Assembly (NCBI RefSeq): GCF_001194135.2
Contig: NC_068997.1
Location: forward strand, 13,298,717-13,356,065
DNA length: 57,349 nt
Origin: Octopus bimaculoides
Lineage: Eukaryota
Direction of reading: 5' to 3'
This document shows, piece after piece, positions 12,791-24,997 of this stretch. How positions within the stretch are numbered: the first letter of the stretch is position 1; the number at the start of each line of letters is the position of its first letter. A model generated the notes under the pieces. The model did no database searches, was not told the origin of the DNA, and saw only the letters and a program-made list of their open reading frames with translations. The position numbers and the translations under genes are program-made.

Positions 12791-14551
12791 GTTATTGTTA
12801 TTACATTTAGAATCAAATATCTCATCATCCATTGAATTAAAATATTTTGGTAGTTGGAGTGACAGTTACACAAATCACTAATTAATAATTACGTTAGTAT
12901 TATCCCAAGCTAAAGTCATCAGATAATATATTAAATATGCACAACTACATACACACATACTCTCTCACACATATACACACATACGTGTATGTACATTCAA
13001 CTATCTATAAGCACATATATATATATGTGTGTGTCTGTGTGTGTGCATGCAAGTATATATGTATATAAGTGTACACAGACACACACACACACATGCATAT
13101 GCAAACACAAACACACACACACACACACACATATTTGAGAAAACACCAGCCACCATCTATGGGAAGGTGGACGAGGAAAAACAGCAAGAAGCAAACAACT
13201 TCAGAGAAACAAAGCATGTATAAGACAAGTCGTTTTGTTTTGAACTGTAGAGGAAGACTGGATTGGAGAATTGTAATTCGATGGGGAGACCATCTGAAAT
13301 AGTACAGGAACTTATTTCAAAACGCAGAGGTTGCGTGATATAAAAGAAGTAGTTAATGAAATCTTGGCTTCCCAGTTACATTAAAAAAAAAAGAAAAACT
13401 AATAAAGAATATCATAAAAGTTTAAAAAATAATATCAGAGAGAAGAAGAATATCCATGTCGGTTATATATCTTTCTGGTGTTCTTTAATTAAATCATCAC
13501 TTGATTTCATACAAATGAGGGGCGAGTAATTTTTGTGAAGTGGAATCACGGAAGCATCGAAAGAATTTTTTAATTCACATGATGATGCTCAACAACTGTT
13601 GTTGTTGTTTTTATTATTATTGTTATTATTATTTCTTCAAATGTTTGTGCTATAATTACTAATTTTTGTTATGTTTTTTTTTTTTACCTTTTAAAAGTAT
13701 TTATCCCCACCACGCCATTTTATTTTTGCTCATCTTTTCCCAGATTTAATAATGAATTATTTGTCTTTTAACACCCCCTCCACGAAACAAAAAAATGCTT
13801 TAAAAGCTACGACTAATGTGTGATATTAGCGCCAACCTAGCTAAACACGAATTAACACATGCTGAAGTATTCATTAAATCGAAAACAAACGGGGTTATCG
13901 TTCGCAAACACACTCACATATATGTACATATATTCATACATACATATGTCTGTAGAAGTGTATATTAGTGTTTGAGGATATGTATGTAGATGTGTGTGTG
14001 TGTGTGTGTGTGTGCGTTTCGAAAAGGAAAAAAGAACGAAAGAAAACTAAATTATGAAGACAAAAAGCGCTCCGCTTCCCACTAAAACGAACATATAATC
14101 TCAAATTTCTAAAACGCATCAGGAGAGAAAACAAATGCTACTTTAAACATTTCGAATGAAGTTGCGTGCTAGCAACAATGTTATTTGCATACATACATAC
14201 ATACATTTTATACACACACTTCACACATATATATATATATATATATANNNNNNNNNNNNNNGAAGGAAAAAAAATTGCAAAAACCCCACAAAAACACGAG
14301 AGAACAATATTATTGATGATGTTCTCTGTAAAACGAAAGATTAAAAAGAAAAACATAAACAACTCTAAGAAGTCGTTAATTATTTCAAATGATAAAACTA
14401 ATATAAATATATAGTTATCTGTTGTAAAAAAAAATGTTTTCGGGAATAAGAAATAGCAATACATTGCATGTGATAGAGACTAAATGTTTTTTGAAATGTT
14501 GAGTACATAGATGAGAGAATATAATGGACAGGGAGAATACCCTCTCTGTCA

Positions 14552-14610
<59 letters not shown>

Positions 14611-14930
14611 ATGTATATATATATGTGTGTGTGTGTATGTTTATATAAATATGCATGCACGTATGTTTATGTATATCTCTGTGTGTGTGTGTTTTTCTGC
14701 ATGCATGTTTTTGTGTGTACCTATGTGTGAGTGTGTGCTGGGCTGTGTATATATTTATCAGTCTATCTCACTATTTACTAATCTATCTAGCTTTCACTGT
14801 TGTAGTAATTATGTATATAGAGAAAAAGCGACAGAGATGAATCAAAAGACATGAATTGCATGATAAAGAGTAAAATACTTGGGAAAGTAGAAAGGTACAA
14901 CCATAATACGAAAAAGAAGAGATTGATGTG

Positions 14931-14991
<61 letters not shown>

Positions 14992-15400
14992 CTTGTGTGC
15001 GTGTGTGTCTTAGAGAAAGTTGAGAGAGGTAAACGATAGACGATATTTGAGAGGAGAGACGAAAGAATATGGAAAAATAGCGATAGTTTTTGGAACAGAT
15101 GCTTTGTAGTAGCCTACTAACAGAGAAACAATAGAAACAATTAGAGTTAGATAAGTTATTAAGAAAACAAGGTAAAGGTGGAGCCATATGTCGTACTGAA
15201 ATATATAAAACTCGAAAGAAAAATAATGAAATATATTATTTGTGTGTGAATATTTTTGTAATCTTTCCGTTATTCGAAAATTAAGTCAATATCATGAGAT
15301 ATACTGAAAAATTAGTACGATGTTCTTTCAGTGAAATCTTATATTCTCACCAATCCGTACTCTCAAGCTTCCTTCCACATGTATGCATGCATGTACGTAC

Positions 15401-15432
<32 letters not shown>

Positions 15433-15433
<1 letters not shown>

Positions 15434-15505
15434 CGGTCTGGAACTGAAACCACAATCTTATGATCATGAGCTCAACAGCCTAACCACTAAGCCACGCGCC
15501 TCCAC
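15433..15505 (-). mobile_element. SINE family C tRNA-like head
   Basis: Reverse complement GGAGGCGCGTGGCTTAGTGGTTAGG...GGTTTCAGTTCCAGACCGG with A-box TGGCTTAGTGG and degenerate B-box; abuts (ATCT)n. Confidence 0.75.
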
Positions 15506-15654
15506 AAACAGCCACAGTTACATCGCAGAGAAATTTTCTTGCCTGTTTACGAAAATAGAAAAAAAAAACTATTATATTTACATTTTGCTCATTTACTACC
15601 TCGACAATTGTGTCGTACTTCTGCGACCTTATCACTGACATAATTTCATTGCAG

Positions 15655-15674
15655 CCGTTGAAACTCAATTTCTG
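15655..15674 (+). CDS. Candidate micro-exon, 20 nt (PLKLNF[W], phase 0 to 2)
   Basis: Acceptor taatttcattgcag, strong donor CTG|gtaagt; TG plus G of the next exon gives Trp. Confidence 0.65.
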
Positions 15675-16179
15675 GTAAGTTTTTTTTATAAGCCTCATAG
15701 GAATTTCTTTCTTTATGTTCTCTTCCACTTTTGCTTAACTGTGGACGAGTCTTCTACACTATTCCTGATATTTGAACTTTTGTCACTTTGGCCTTTATTT
15801 ACTTTCAGATTAGATTCTCTAAATTCTCTGCCTATTAGCATTGTATATTTATTTATCAATTCATTATCGTTATTTTTCATTGTTTCCTGCGAAGACTACT
15901 CCCCATTAGTACTTTTCCTCATGAGGGTTGCTTTTCAACGTTTGGAGACATCGTTTACTATGTATATATAATATCTCTCAAATTATGTTTGAATTTTTTG
16001 TTTATATTATAAGAATATTAATGTTATTCCTGCTAAGTTGATGTGTTTAACTCTAATGGTAAACAAAAAAACAAATAACAAATAAAAAATCTAGATAAAT
16101 GAAAATTACAATACAATAAACTGTTGGTATTTATAGACATGTATACTTTCTTGTGCGTACGTCAACCTGTGTCTGTCTG

Positions 16180-16258
<79 letters not shown>

Positions 16259-16723
16259 GTCAATCTATCTATCTACCTATCTCTCTATCTCTCTTTCTAT
16301 CTACCTATCTATCTATATACCTGTTTGTCAATCTAATTATCTTCCGAACTGAATATTTAATATTTTTTTTCATGGAGATTTCAACATGGTCATTGTTGTC
16401 AACTTAACGGGCATTTTTTAATTTTCATTTTGTAAATAATGTTTGAATTTTGTATTATACACGTTGGGATATTTGTACAAGTGTACGCATCAAAATGTTA
16501 GAACTTAATGATTGCCAATCTGACTGATAAATTCAGTGTGGCAATTTTTATGCTTGTACCTTTTGCTCATATCACTTCTTTGTATTTCGAAGTCAGGCAT
16601 ACGGCTGAAACGCACTCTCTACCATTACAGTTATGCCTGCACCTATACTCTTCTTGTGCTAGCTTACTGCATTATCTGCAGTGATGTTTAGTAGAAGTAG
16701 CAGTAGCAGTGGGATTGGTGGCG

Positions 16724-16766
<43 letters not shown>

Positions 16767-17108
16767 CAGCACCACCACCACCACCAATAGTAGTAGATCT
16801 TACGATTATTGATCTGTAAATTATGAGATTGGTGATGCTTCCTGCCTGGGTTATGTTGATGATAGTGATGATGATGATTATCACAGGAAGATCTTTTAGC
16901 TTTATCAGGAAGCAAAATAAGAGACAGTTTTGTCGTAGAAAATTCGATTAGTTTATATTTGTATAAACCTTATAGATCTACAAAAGTCTATGACAACTGG
17001 AATTTGTATCACAAACATAGAATTCTGCACATCTTCCTTTCACTAATGGTGTTATTAATTCCCTTCTTTTAATTAAGAAACGTTTCTTCTTTTTGCTCAT
17101 TCACCGAG

Positions 17109-17134
17109 GGACGATACAATACATTTAAATGAAG
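17109..17134 (+). CDS. Candidate micro-exon, 26 nt (DDTIHLNE[A], phase 2 to 1)
   Basis: Acceptor tttcttctttttgctcattcaccgag, donor GAAG|gtcagt; only one frame open and it links 15655 to 17391. Confidence 0.6.
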
Positions 17135-17390
17135 GTCAGTCAACTTCAGTTGTTTTACTTTAGAATATCTGTTAGCATTTATTATTCATATCGTCTACTG
17201 TTTTAGACGAATGTGTGTGTGTGTGTGTGCATGTGCGTGTCTGTATGTCTGTGTTTGTATCTGTGTGCGTGTCAAAATGTCGCATATATACAATGGACGA
17301 ATGAAGATTTATTTCAGTGAACTTTCTGAATTGGAATTTTAATTGTTGATAGTTATGTACCAATCAATCATTTGTTTGCTAATTTTCCAG

Positions 17391-17468
17391 CTCCCAAAGT
17401 ACTTGATGTATTGGAATTAAGATTTTCTCGAGGGAGATTCATACGAGGGTTAAAAGAAAATAAATTTG
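17391..17468 (+). CDS. Candidate exon, 78 nt (PKVLDVLELRFSRGRFIRGLKENKF, phase 1 to 1)
   Basis: Acceptor tttgtttgctaattttccag, donor TTTG|gtgagt; single open frame; complex non-repetitive sequence. Confidence 0.7.
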
Positions 17469-17737
17469 GTGAGTTTTTCAACGGAATACAAAAAAAAAAA
17501 AATGTGTGTATATAAAAAAATAAAACAAGAAAAAGCATAAACAAAAAAAAACAAATAACCATACCGAAAGCAAAAAACAAAAACACCAGAATAATTCTGA
17601 GAGAATTGTAGATGTAGATGTATTTACTATGAAGTGGATCAGTGATAGTAGTGTCCTGTTCGTTCACAACTCCAATGCAGTTTCGATCCCTAATTAAAAA
17701 ACGTTCATTATGTTTACTTATTTCATATACATTTAAC

Positions 17738-17942
17738 TTTTTTACTAGTCTCAGTCATTTGACTGCGGCCAAGCTGGACAGCCACCTTTAGTCGAACAAA
17801 ATTGACCCCAGGATTTATTCTATGTAAGCCTAGTAGTTATTCTTTTGCCGAATAGCTATGTTACGGGGACGTAAACACACCAGCATCGGTTGTTAAGCGA
17901 TGTTGGGGGAGCAAACACACACATAAACATATACACCCACAG

Positions 17943-17950
<8 letters not shown>
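17738..17950 (-). mobile_element. SINE family B 3' half (family with internal CA/TA microsatellite)
   Basis: cagtcatttgactgcggcc..tttagtcgaac..gaccccagga..ttttgccgaa..gttacggggacgtaaacacaccagcatcggttg..gcgatgttgggg; homologous to 20623-20800. Confidence 0.88.
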
Positions 17951-17975
<25 letters not shown>

Positions 17976-18437
17976 NNNNNNNNNNNNNNNNNNNNNNNNN
18001 NNNNNNNNNNNNNNNNNNNNNNNNNNNNNNNNNNNNNNNNNNNNNNNNNNNNNNNNNNNNNNNNNNNNNNNNNNNNNNNNNNNNNNNNNNNNNNNNNNNN
18101 NNNNNNNNNNNNNNNNNNNNNNNNNNNNNNNNNNNNNNNNNNNNNNNNNNNNNNNNNNNNNNNNNNNNNNNNNNNNNNNNNNNNNNNNNNNNNNNNNNNN
18201 NNNNNNNNNNNNNNNNNNNNNNNNNNNNNNNNNNNNNNNNNNNNNNNNNNNNNNNNNNNNNNNNNNNNNNNNNNNNNNNNNNNNNNNNNNNNNNNNNNNN
18301 NNNNNNNNNNNNNNNNNNNNNNNNNNNNNNNNNNNNNNNNNNNNNNNNNNNNNNNNNNNNNNNNNNNNNNNNNNNNNNNNNNNNNNNNNNNNNNNNNNNN
18401 NNNNNNNNNNNNNNNNNNNTTTTTTTTTTTTGCTGTT

Positions 18438-18616
18438 ATATTTGTCTTCATCTTGTTTGTTGTTAACACAACGTTTCGGCTGATATACCCTCCAGTCTTC
18501 ATCAGGTGTCATGGGGAAATTTCGAACCTGGGTTCTCATTCTTACGGGCATATGGCGTAGTGGTTGAGAGCGCGGGCTACTAATTTCAAGATTCCGAGTT
18601 CGATTGCAAGCAGTGA

Positions 18617-18684
<68 letters not shown>

Positions 18685-18686
18685 GC

Positions 18687-18734
<48 letters not shown>

Positions 18735-18928
18735 AATAATATCGAAAAATACCTTAGGAAGGAGAACCAAGGTTCGAAGTTTCCCCAAGACACCTGATGG
18801 AGACTGGAAGGTATATCAACAGAAATGTTGTGTTAACAACAAACAAGATGAGGACAAATATCCGTCAAATGTAAATAATGTAAATAATGTAAATAATGTA
18901 CATAATTCCTCATGTCTTAAATATAGAA
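18438..18928 (+). mobile_element. Composite foldback element: inverted arm + tRNA-like head + (AAT)n(AAC)n + direct arm; both arms carry a hammerhead-like motif
   Basis: Left arm 18438-18544 is the reverse complement of 18750-18861 (~105 bp, high identity). Head 18546-18620 has A-box TGGCGTAGTGG and B-box GAGTTCGATT. Right arm ends in (GTAAATAAT)3. Second copy at 31657-31900. Confidence 0.88.
18465..18510 (-). ncRNA. Minimal (dimer-type) hammerhead ribozyme-like motif
   Basis: Minus strand GACAC-CTGATGA-A-GACTG-GAGGGTATAT-CAGCC-GAAAC-GTT-GTGTT: stem I GACAC/GTGTT, intact core, stem II with one mismatch, palindromic AACGTT stem III, GUU cleavage triplet. Confidence 0.6.
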
Positions 18929-19008
18929 GTGTAAATATAGTAGTGCTTAAAAGATTTGAGGTGCCTAATTCTCCACCCTGAAGACTAAAGCCCGGATCTA
19001 CGGTAATG

Positions 19009-19040
<32 letters not shown>

Positions 19041-19092
19041 CATACATGCATGCATGCATATATGTATATATGTATGTGTATGCGTGTGTGTA

Positions 19093-19330
19093 GATGCATG
19101 GGCTAATAATTACGGTGTTGCTTCCACTCACGATCGCAGAATGGTTTTGATTTCCGGATCGAGCGGTGCGTTATATTCTTCGGCAAGACACTTCATTTCC
19201 ACATTGCTCCAGTCTACACAGCTGGAAATAAATCACCTTGTGACGCATTGCGATCCCGTTATTGGCGCAGGGTCTATCGTAATTTCCGTTACTCATTCAA
19301 CATAAGCTTGCACGCATAACACGCCGGTTG
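19093..19330 (+). mobile_element. SINE family C (tRNA head plus CORE/V-SINE-like body), decayed
   Basis: Head resembles 15433-15505; body gcggtgcgtt..ggcaagacacttcatttccacattgctccagtctacacagctgg resembles CORE-type SINE central domains. Confidence 0.65.
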
Positions 19331-20622
19331 GGAGTCATTTGAAATGTACAAGAATGACAAGTAAGTGCAATGCGACCTGTGAGTTAACAACATCCAAGAG
19401 TTACTTGATACAGTCGTGTGTGTGTGTGTTTGTGTATATATATATATATATACATACACCCACACATATATATGTAAATGCTTTAANNNNNNNNNNNNNN
19501 NNNNNNNNNNNNNNNNNNNNNNNNNNNNNNNNNNNNNNNNNNNNNNNNNNNNNNNNNNNNNNNNNNNNNNNNNNNNNNNNNNNNNNNNNNNNNNNNNNNN
19601 NNNNNNNNNNNNNNNNNNNNNNNNNNNNNNNNNNNNNNNNNNNNNNNNNNNNNNNNNNNNNNNNNNNNNNNNNNNNNNNNNNNNNNNNNNNNNNNNNNNN
19701 NNNNNNNNNNNNNNNNNNNNNNNNNNNNNNNNNNNNNNNNNNNNNNNNNNNNNNNNNNNNNNNNNNNNNNNNNNNNNNNNNNNNNNNNNNNNNNNNNNNN
19801 NNNNNNNNNNNNNNNNNNNNNNNNNNNNNNNNNNNNNNNNNNNNNNNNNNNNNNNNNNNNNNNNNNNNNNNNNNNNNNNNNNNNNNNNNNNNNNNNTATA
19901 TACATGTATATCTATGTATATATATGTGTATATATATATATTTATACACATCTATATAGGTAGATATAGATACACGCACGCACACACACACACACATATA
20001 CATATATATATGCCTATTATATATGTGTGTGTATGTGTGTGTCTATACTCGAATCCTATGCTTGTATGTATGTGTAATGAAGCGTTTTTTTTTCTTTATT
20101 TCATACACGTTTTCTTAAAGACACCAGTATTCCGAATTAAATAATTTTTATTAAATATTTATCATATTTGCTGAATAATCATTTTAAAGCTTAGTTTCGG
20201 GCAATAACTCTCCTAAGCCATTAAAATTTCAGAATCTTCTCTGTCAGAAATTTTAATGAATTAAATTGATTTTTTACATAAGATGCTTGTGCTGTCAACA
20301 ATCTGTTTTTTTTTTTTTTGGCTTTTGTTTTCTGAAGAAGAAACGAAAGAAAGGATCAACATTGGAAGCTTTATTAAAAGCAAAATACAAACCAAAAACC
20401 AGTTCGTAGATATAGCACAAGTGTAATTCACCATAAAATCTACAATGAATTAATCAATGAAAATGTTTGAATTCATTGTTAACGATTTTACAATTAGCAA
20501 AATTATGGCCAGGATTATTTCTGACCGAGTGCAAATTGCATTGATATGCACACACTGGTCACGATTAATTTGGATGATAAGATCAAGAAATACTTGAGGC
20601 ATTAATGGGATTAGTTACTGAT

Positions 20623-20800
20623 TTGCTTGTTTTAGTCACTGGACTGCATCCATGCTAGGGGTCACAGCCTTGAGAGTGAACTAATCGATCCAAGGTGTTA
20701 TTTTGGAGTCTTTTCTCTTTTGCCGAATCGCTAAGTTACGGAAACGTAAAAAAAATCATCAATGGTTGTCAAGCGGTGACGGGGTATAAATACAATCACA
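20623..20800 (-). mobile_element. SINE family B 3' half, decayed
   Basis: tagtcactggactgcatccatgct..ttttgccgaatcgctaagttacggaaacgtaaa..ggttgtcaagcggtg; homologous to 17738-17950. Confidence 0.8.
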
Positions 20801-20890
20801 AACACATAACCACACACACACATACACACACGTGTATGTCTCTCTCTTTATCTTTCTTTCTTTCTCTCTTTCTCTCTCTCTCAATCACTT

Positions 20891-20921
<31 letters not shown>

Positions 20922-21918
20922 NNNNNNNNNNNNNNNNNNNNNNNNNNNNNNNNNNNNNNNNNNNNNNNNNNNNNNNNNNNNNNNNNNNNNNNNNNNNNNN
21001 NNNNNNNNNNNNNNNNNNNNNNNNNNNNNNNNNNNNNNNNNNNNNNNNNNNNNNNNNNNNNNNNNNNNNNNNNNNNNNNNNNNNNNNNNNNNNNNNNNNN
21101 NNNTATCAGTAAAAATTTATAAAAATCTGAAGTAAAATCAATTTATCTTTTGTTTGGGGGTCAGAAACATGTCAAAAACAAATACATAAATTTCAAGCTT
21201 CTTTCAGTTTCCATCTATCACCTCTATTTGCAACACTTTTGTCGGTACGACTCAAGATCATAAGGTTAAGAAGTAAACTTCTTTAAAAAAATGACAAAAT
21301 ATTTGCGAAAATCCCTCCTAAAAACATTACACACAAACTTTGCCATATGTTTGCATGCCTTTTTTCTCTCATTTGTTTTTCTTTTTTCAAATAAAAGGAA
21401 TTCGGACCAACCACTTGCTTTGTAGTGACGGAAGTACCATGTTTTACACATAATCCTTTAGGATAATGAAAAACTTCTTGCAGATTTTTATTGCTCCAGA
21501 TATCGTGATAATTTGCAACGTTTGAACTACGAATTCGCATTCTCTCTTCAAGAAACCAAATTCAGACATACTTAGCTGCTGTTAGGTTGGTACGTATCCT
21601 GTTTTTCCCAAAATGATAAATATCAGAAGAAAGTGTATCTTTGCTACTAAATAGATTAGATCAATAAATAATATATACAGTAGATCAACAGTCCATAAAC
21701 GTTATCTTTCTCCTGCAATTTTCTGACCACAATGGTGTCCACAAGGCGGACGATTTCACCAGAGAGCATATATTTAATATGTTTCTCAACAATAATATCT
21801 GTCCGATTATGCTTTATCTTGGTGGCTGTTTTAATCTTTAAATTTCATCAATAATGTTTTTCAAAAGTCCCAATAAGTCAATTTGTCAGCTGGTATTTAA
21901 TTTTTCCTTCTACTCCAG

Positions 21919-21962
21919 TCGGTTCTGGCCATCACAGCATGCGTCATGAGAATATAATACAT
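21919..21962 (+). CDS. Candidate exon, 44 nt ([V]GSGHHSMRHENIIH, phase 1 to 0)
   Basis: Strong acceptor tttttccttctactccag, strong donor CAT|gtaagt; single open frame matching both neighbours. Confidence 0.72.
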
Positions 21963-22041
21963 GTAAGTCATTCCCTCGGAGTCTGCAATAATATGGTTGA
22001 AGTTTTCAGTTTTAGTTTCGCACAAACTGCGCATATATAAG

Positions 22042-22121
<80 letters not shown>

Positions 22122-22247
22122 AAGAATAATAATAAATGGAGCAAAACGCATATAATTCCTTTAATTCCTGCATATGTTTCAAAATATATGTCCACCCTAC
22201 TCCAAAGTAGTAAGAGGTGCTAGAATTGCACATAAATTCATCTTCAG

Positions 22248-22291
22248 GGAACCAACATACAAACAGCAAGACAAGCGCTAAATGTACATAG
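22248..22291 (+). CDS. Candidate exon, 44 nt (GTNIQTARQALNVH[R], phase 0 to 2)
   Basis: Acceptor aaattcatcttcag, donor TAG|gtatat; single open frame. Confidence 0.62.
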
Positions 22292-22774
22292 GTATATACG
22301 TGTATGTATAGCGTATTTATACGTATAGTTATAGATATAAAAAAAAACGGTAGCGTTTCATCGTAAGATCTACAAAATAACAAGGTCTTTATCAAGCAAT
22401 CTGAAGAAATATACTGCAGAAAAAATTCGAAGTCACTTACAACCTCTTTGCAAACACACTACACACACACATACACACATATTATACCCATTATCATAAA
22501 TTAGTAAGTCATGTAAGAAGTAAAGGAAAGCGAGTGAGGAATTGCAAATGATAATGAAACAAGGCGAATGTTTGTTTATGTAAGAGAAGAACACACATAA
22601 AACTTCCGTTCAATCGTTGCAAAACTAAATTTTGAATAGAAATTATTTTATCACTGTGCTCTTCAGCAAATCTCTCCCACTCTCTCTTTCTCTCTCATTC
22701 TCTTTGTTTTTATCTATATGTATATCTACATATGTGAGTATACATACATACGCATACAAATATGCACACACAAT

Positions 22775-22806
<32 letters not shown>

Positions 22807-22900
22807 TTATATATATATACGAGGATGATATATGTAGGCATATACATATACAAACATATATATATATACATACAAACTAATGTACAAAAATAAGTATATA

Positions 22901-22950
<50 letters not shown>

Positions 22951-23092
22951 TACATATGTATATACTTATAGAACATATATCTTTATCACTATAAATGAAT
23001 ATGTATATGTAGATATGTATATATATGCATATATGTATATATACATGCATATATATATATATATATATGTACATATATATGTATATACATGC

Positions 23093-23137
<45 letters not shown>

Positions 23138-23777
23138 TATATGTACGCATGTAGGTACATATGTATAAGCCCGTGTGTTCGTATGTGTATATGCATGCTA
23201 TTGTGTTCGCGTATTCTTTACTTTGCCATTGTGTTTTGTTTTTCCTCTTCGACATTTTTCTTCATTTCCTTTCGCAATATTGTGAGTGCCGAGATGAACG
23301 TGGAATGTATAAATAAATATTTTCATTTTTTTTTGTTTCATGGCTGTTTTTTTTCTCTCTCTCTCACTCTCTCTCTCTCTCTCTCTCTCTCGTTTCTTGT
23401 GATTCGACAACAAAACCAAACAAATATTACCCCCTACCCATGTACCTACCACTACAAACACCCACACCACCTCTACGACAAACACCACTGCTAACACACA
23501 AGCAAATCATACATACACACTCTGTCACAAACGCACATACACACACAAACTCACACATTCTCTATACACCGAAATACATATACGTATATATCTAAACCCA
23601 ACATCACTTTCTATTTATTCATTGTTGTAACAAATAAAGAAATTTAGCTTGAAATTCCAGAATCTCTCAGACGAAACGAGGAACTAAGCTTGGACAATCA
23701 AAGCGAATATTAATACAAAACAATCTGAATTTACGCTTCTATTAAAGAAAACCTAGACTTTCTAACGGATGGGGGCC

Positions 23778-23840
<63 letters not shown>

Positions 23841-24299
23841 CATCATTATTATCATTATAGTTGTTGGTGTTGTTGTTGTTGTTGATGATGTTGTTGTTAT
23901 TATCATTCTTATTATTATTATCATCACAATCATCATCTTCATCATCGTCGTCGTCGTCGGCATCATTGTTTGTGGTGTTATTGCTTTGTCTTTTTTCGCT
24001 TTGTTGTTGCAATTGTTTTTGCTGCTGCTGTTGTTGTTGTTGTTGAGGTTGCTGTTGTTGTTGTTGTTGTAGTTGTTGTTTTCCACTGAATTGCTTCGTC
24101 TTTCAAATAAACGAATGACCAGAAAAAATACGAATGCTTTTAGCTAATTAATGAAAGAATTTCTCTCGGTTTAACGTTTTATGTATATACGTCTGTGTGC
24201 ATGCGGTATTTTTTTTTTGAGAAGTGTGTGCCAGTATATATAACTGCAGACTATGNNNNNNNNNNAGAAGTGTGTGCCAGTATATATAACTGCAGACTA

Positions 24300-24342
<43 letters not shown>

Positions 24343-24470
24343 ATAAGCGAGCACATGCGAATAAGTATTACATGCGTGATTCAGTATATGTGTCCGAGTG
24401 TGTTTGCATTTGTGTGTATGTTCCATTGTGTGTGTAGGTGCGAGAGATTAAACGTTTGTGGTAGTTTCAG

Positions 24471-24507
<37 letters not shown>

Positions 24508-24509
24508 GC

Positions 24510-24541
<32 letters not shown>

Positions 24542-24956
24542 GTGTGTGTGTAAAATGCATGGAATCTTGTAAGATTCATAATGATTTCTCAACTGTTGTA
24601 GCTACATGCATATGTACATACACGCACCAACAAACACACATATATATATACGTGTATATATATATATATATATATATATATCAGCATCCACAAACATATG
24701 GATGTATTTATATGCAGCTATATATAAGTGTGTGTGTGTGCATCTGTGCACTTACATGCACATATACACATCTGTGCGTCTGTGTTTTTTATGTTTCAGT
24801 GTATATTTGAAAAGCATTGCTAGGCGAAACTCTGATGTTAAATTTTGATACATTTTAGAACTGATGAACTCTACATGTATATATATATGTAGATCTATGT
24901 ATGTTCACACACATATACATATATATACACATATATATACATATATATATATATAT

Positions 24957-24997
<41 letters not shown>

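Noticed and set aside
13140-13217. Possible exon KTPATIYGKVDEEKQQEANNFRETKH (phase 0 to 0)
   Set aside because: Phase would fit between 10666 and 15655, but the acceptor is GAG after a CA repeat with no pyrimidine tract.
18546-18620. tRNA-like sequences (also 15433, 27760, 31834, 36915, 53502) as tRNA genes
   Set aside because: A and B boxes are present, but acceptor stems are incomplete and each runs into SINE body sequence.
21266-21540. Two overlapping non-repetitive minus-strand ORFs (61 and 85 aa)
   Set aside because: No recognisable motif, no convincing splice pair, and antisense within the candidate gene's intron.
24219-24303. Direct repeats flanking small gaps (also ~8111-8190 and ~40780-41260)
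   Set aside because: Near-identical sequence on both sides of an N run is typical of unmerged contig overlap.
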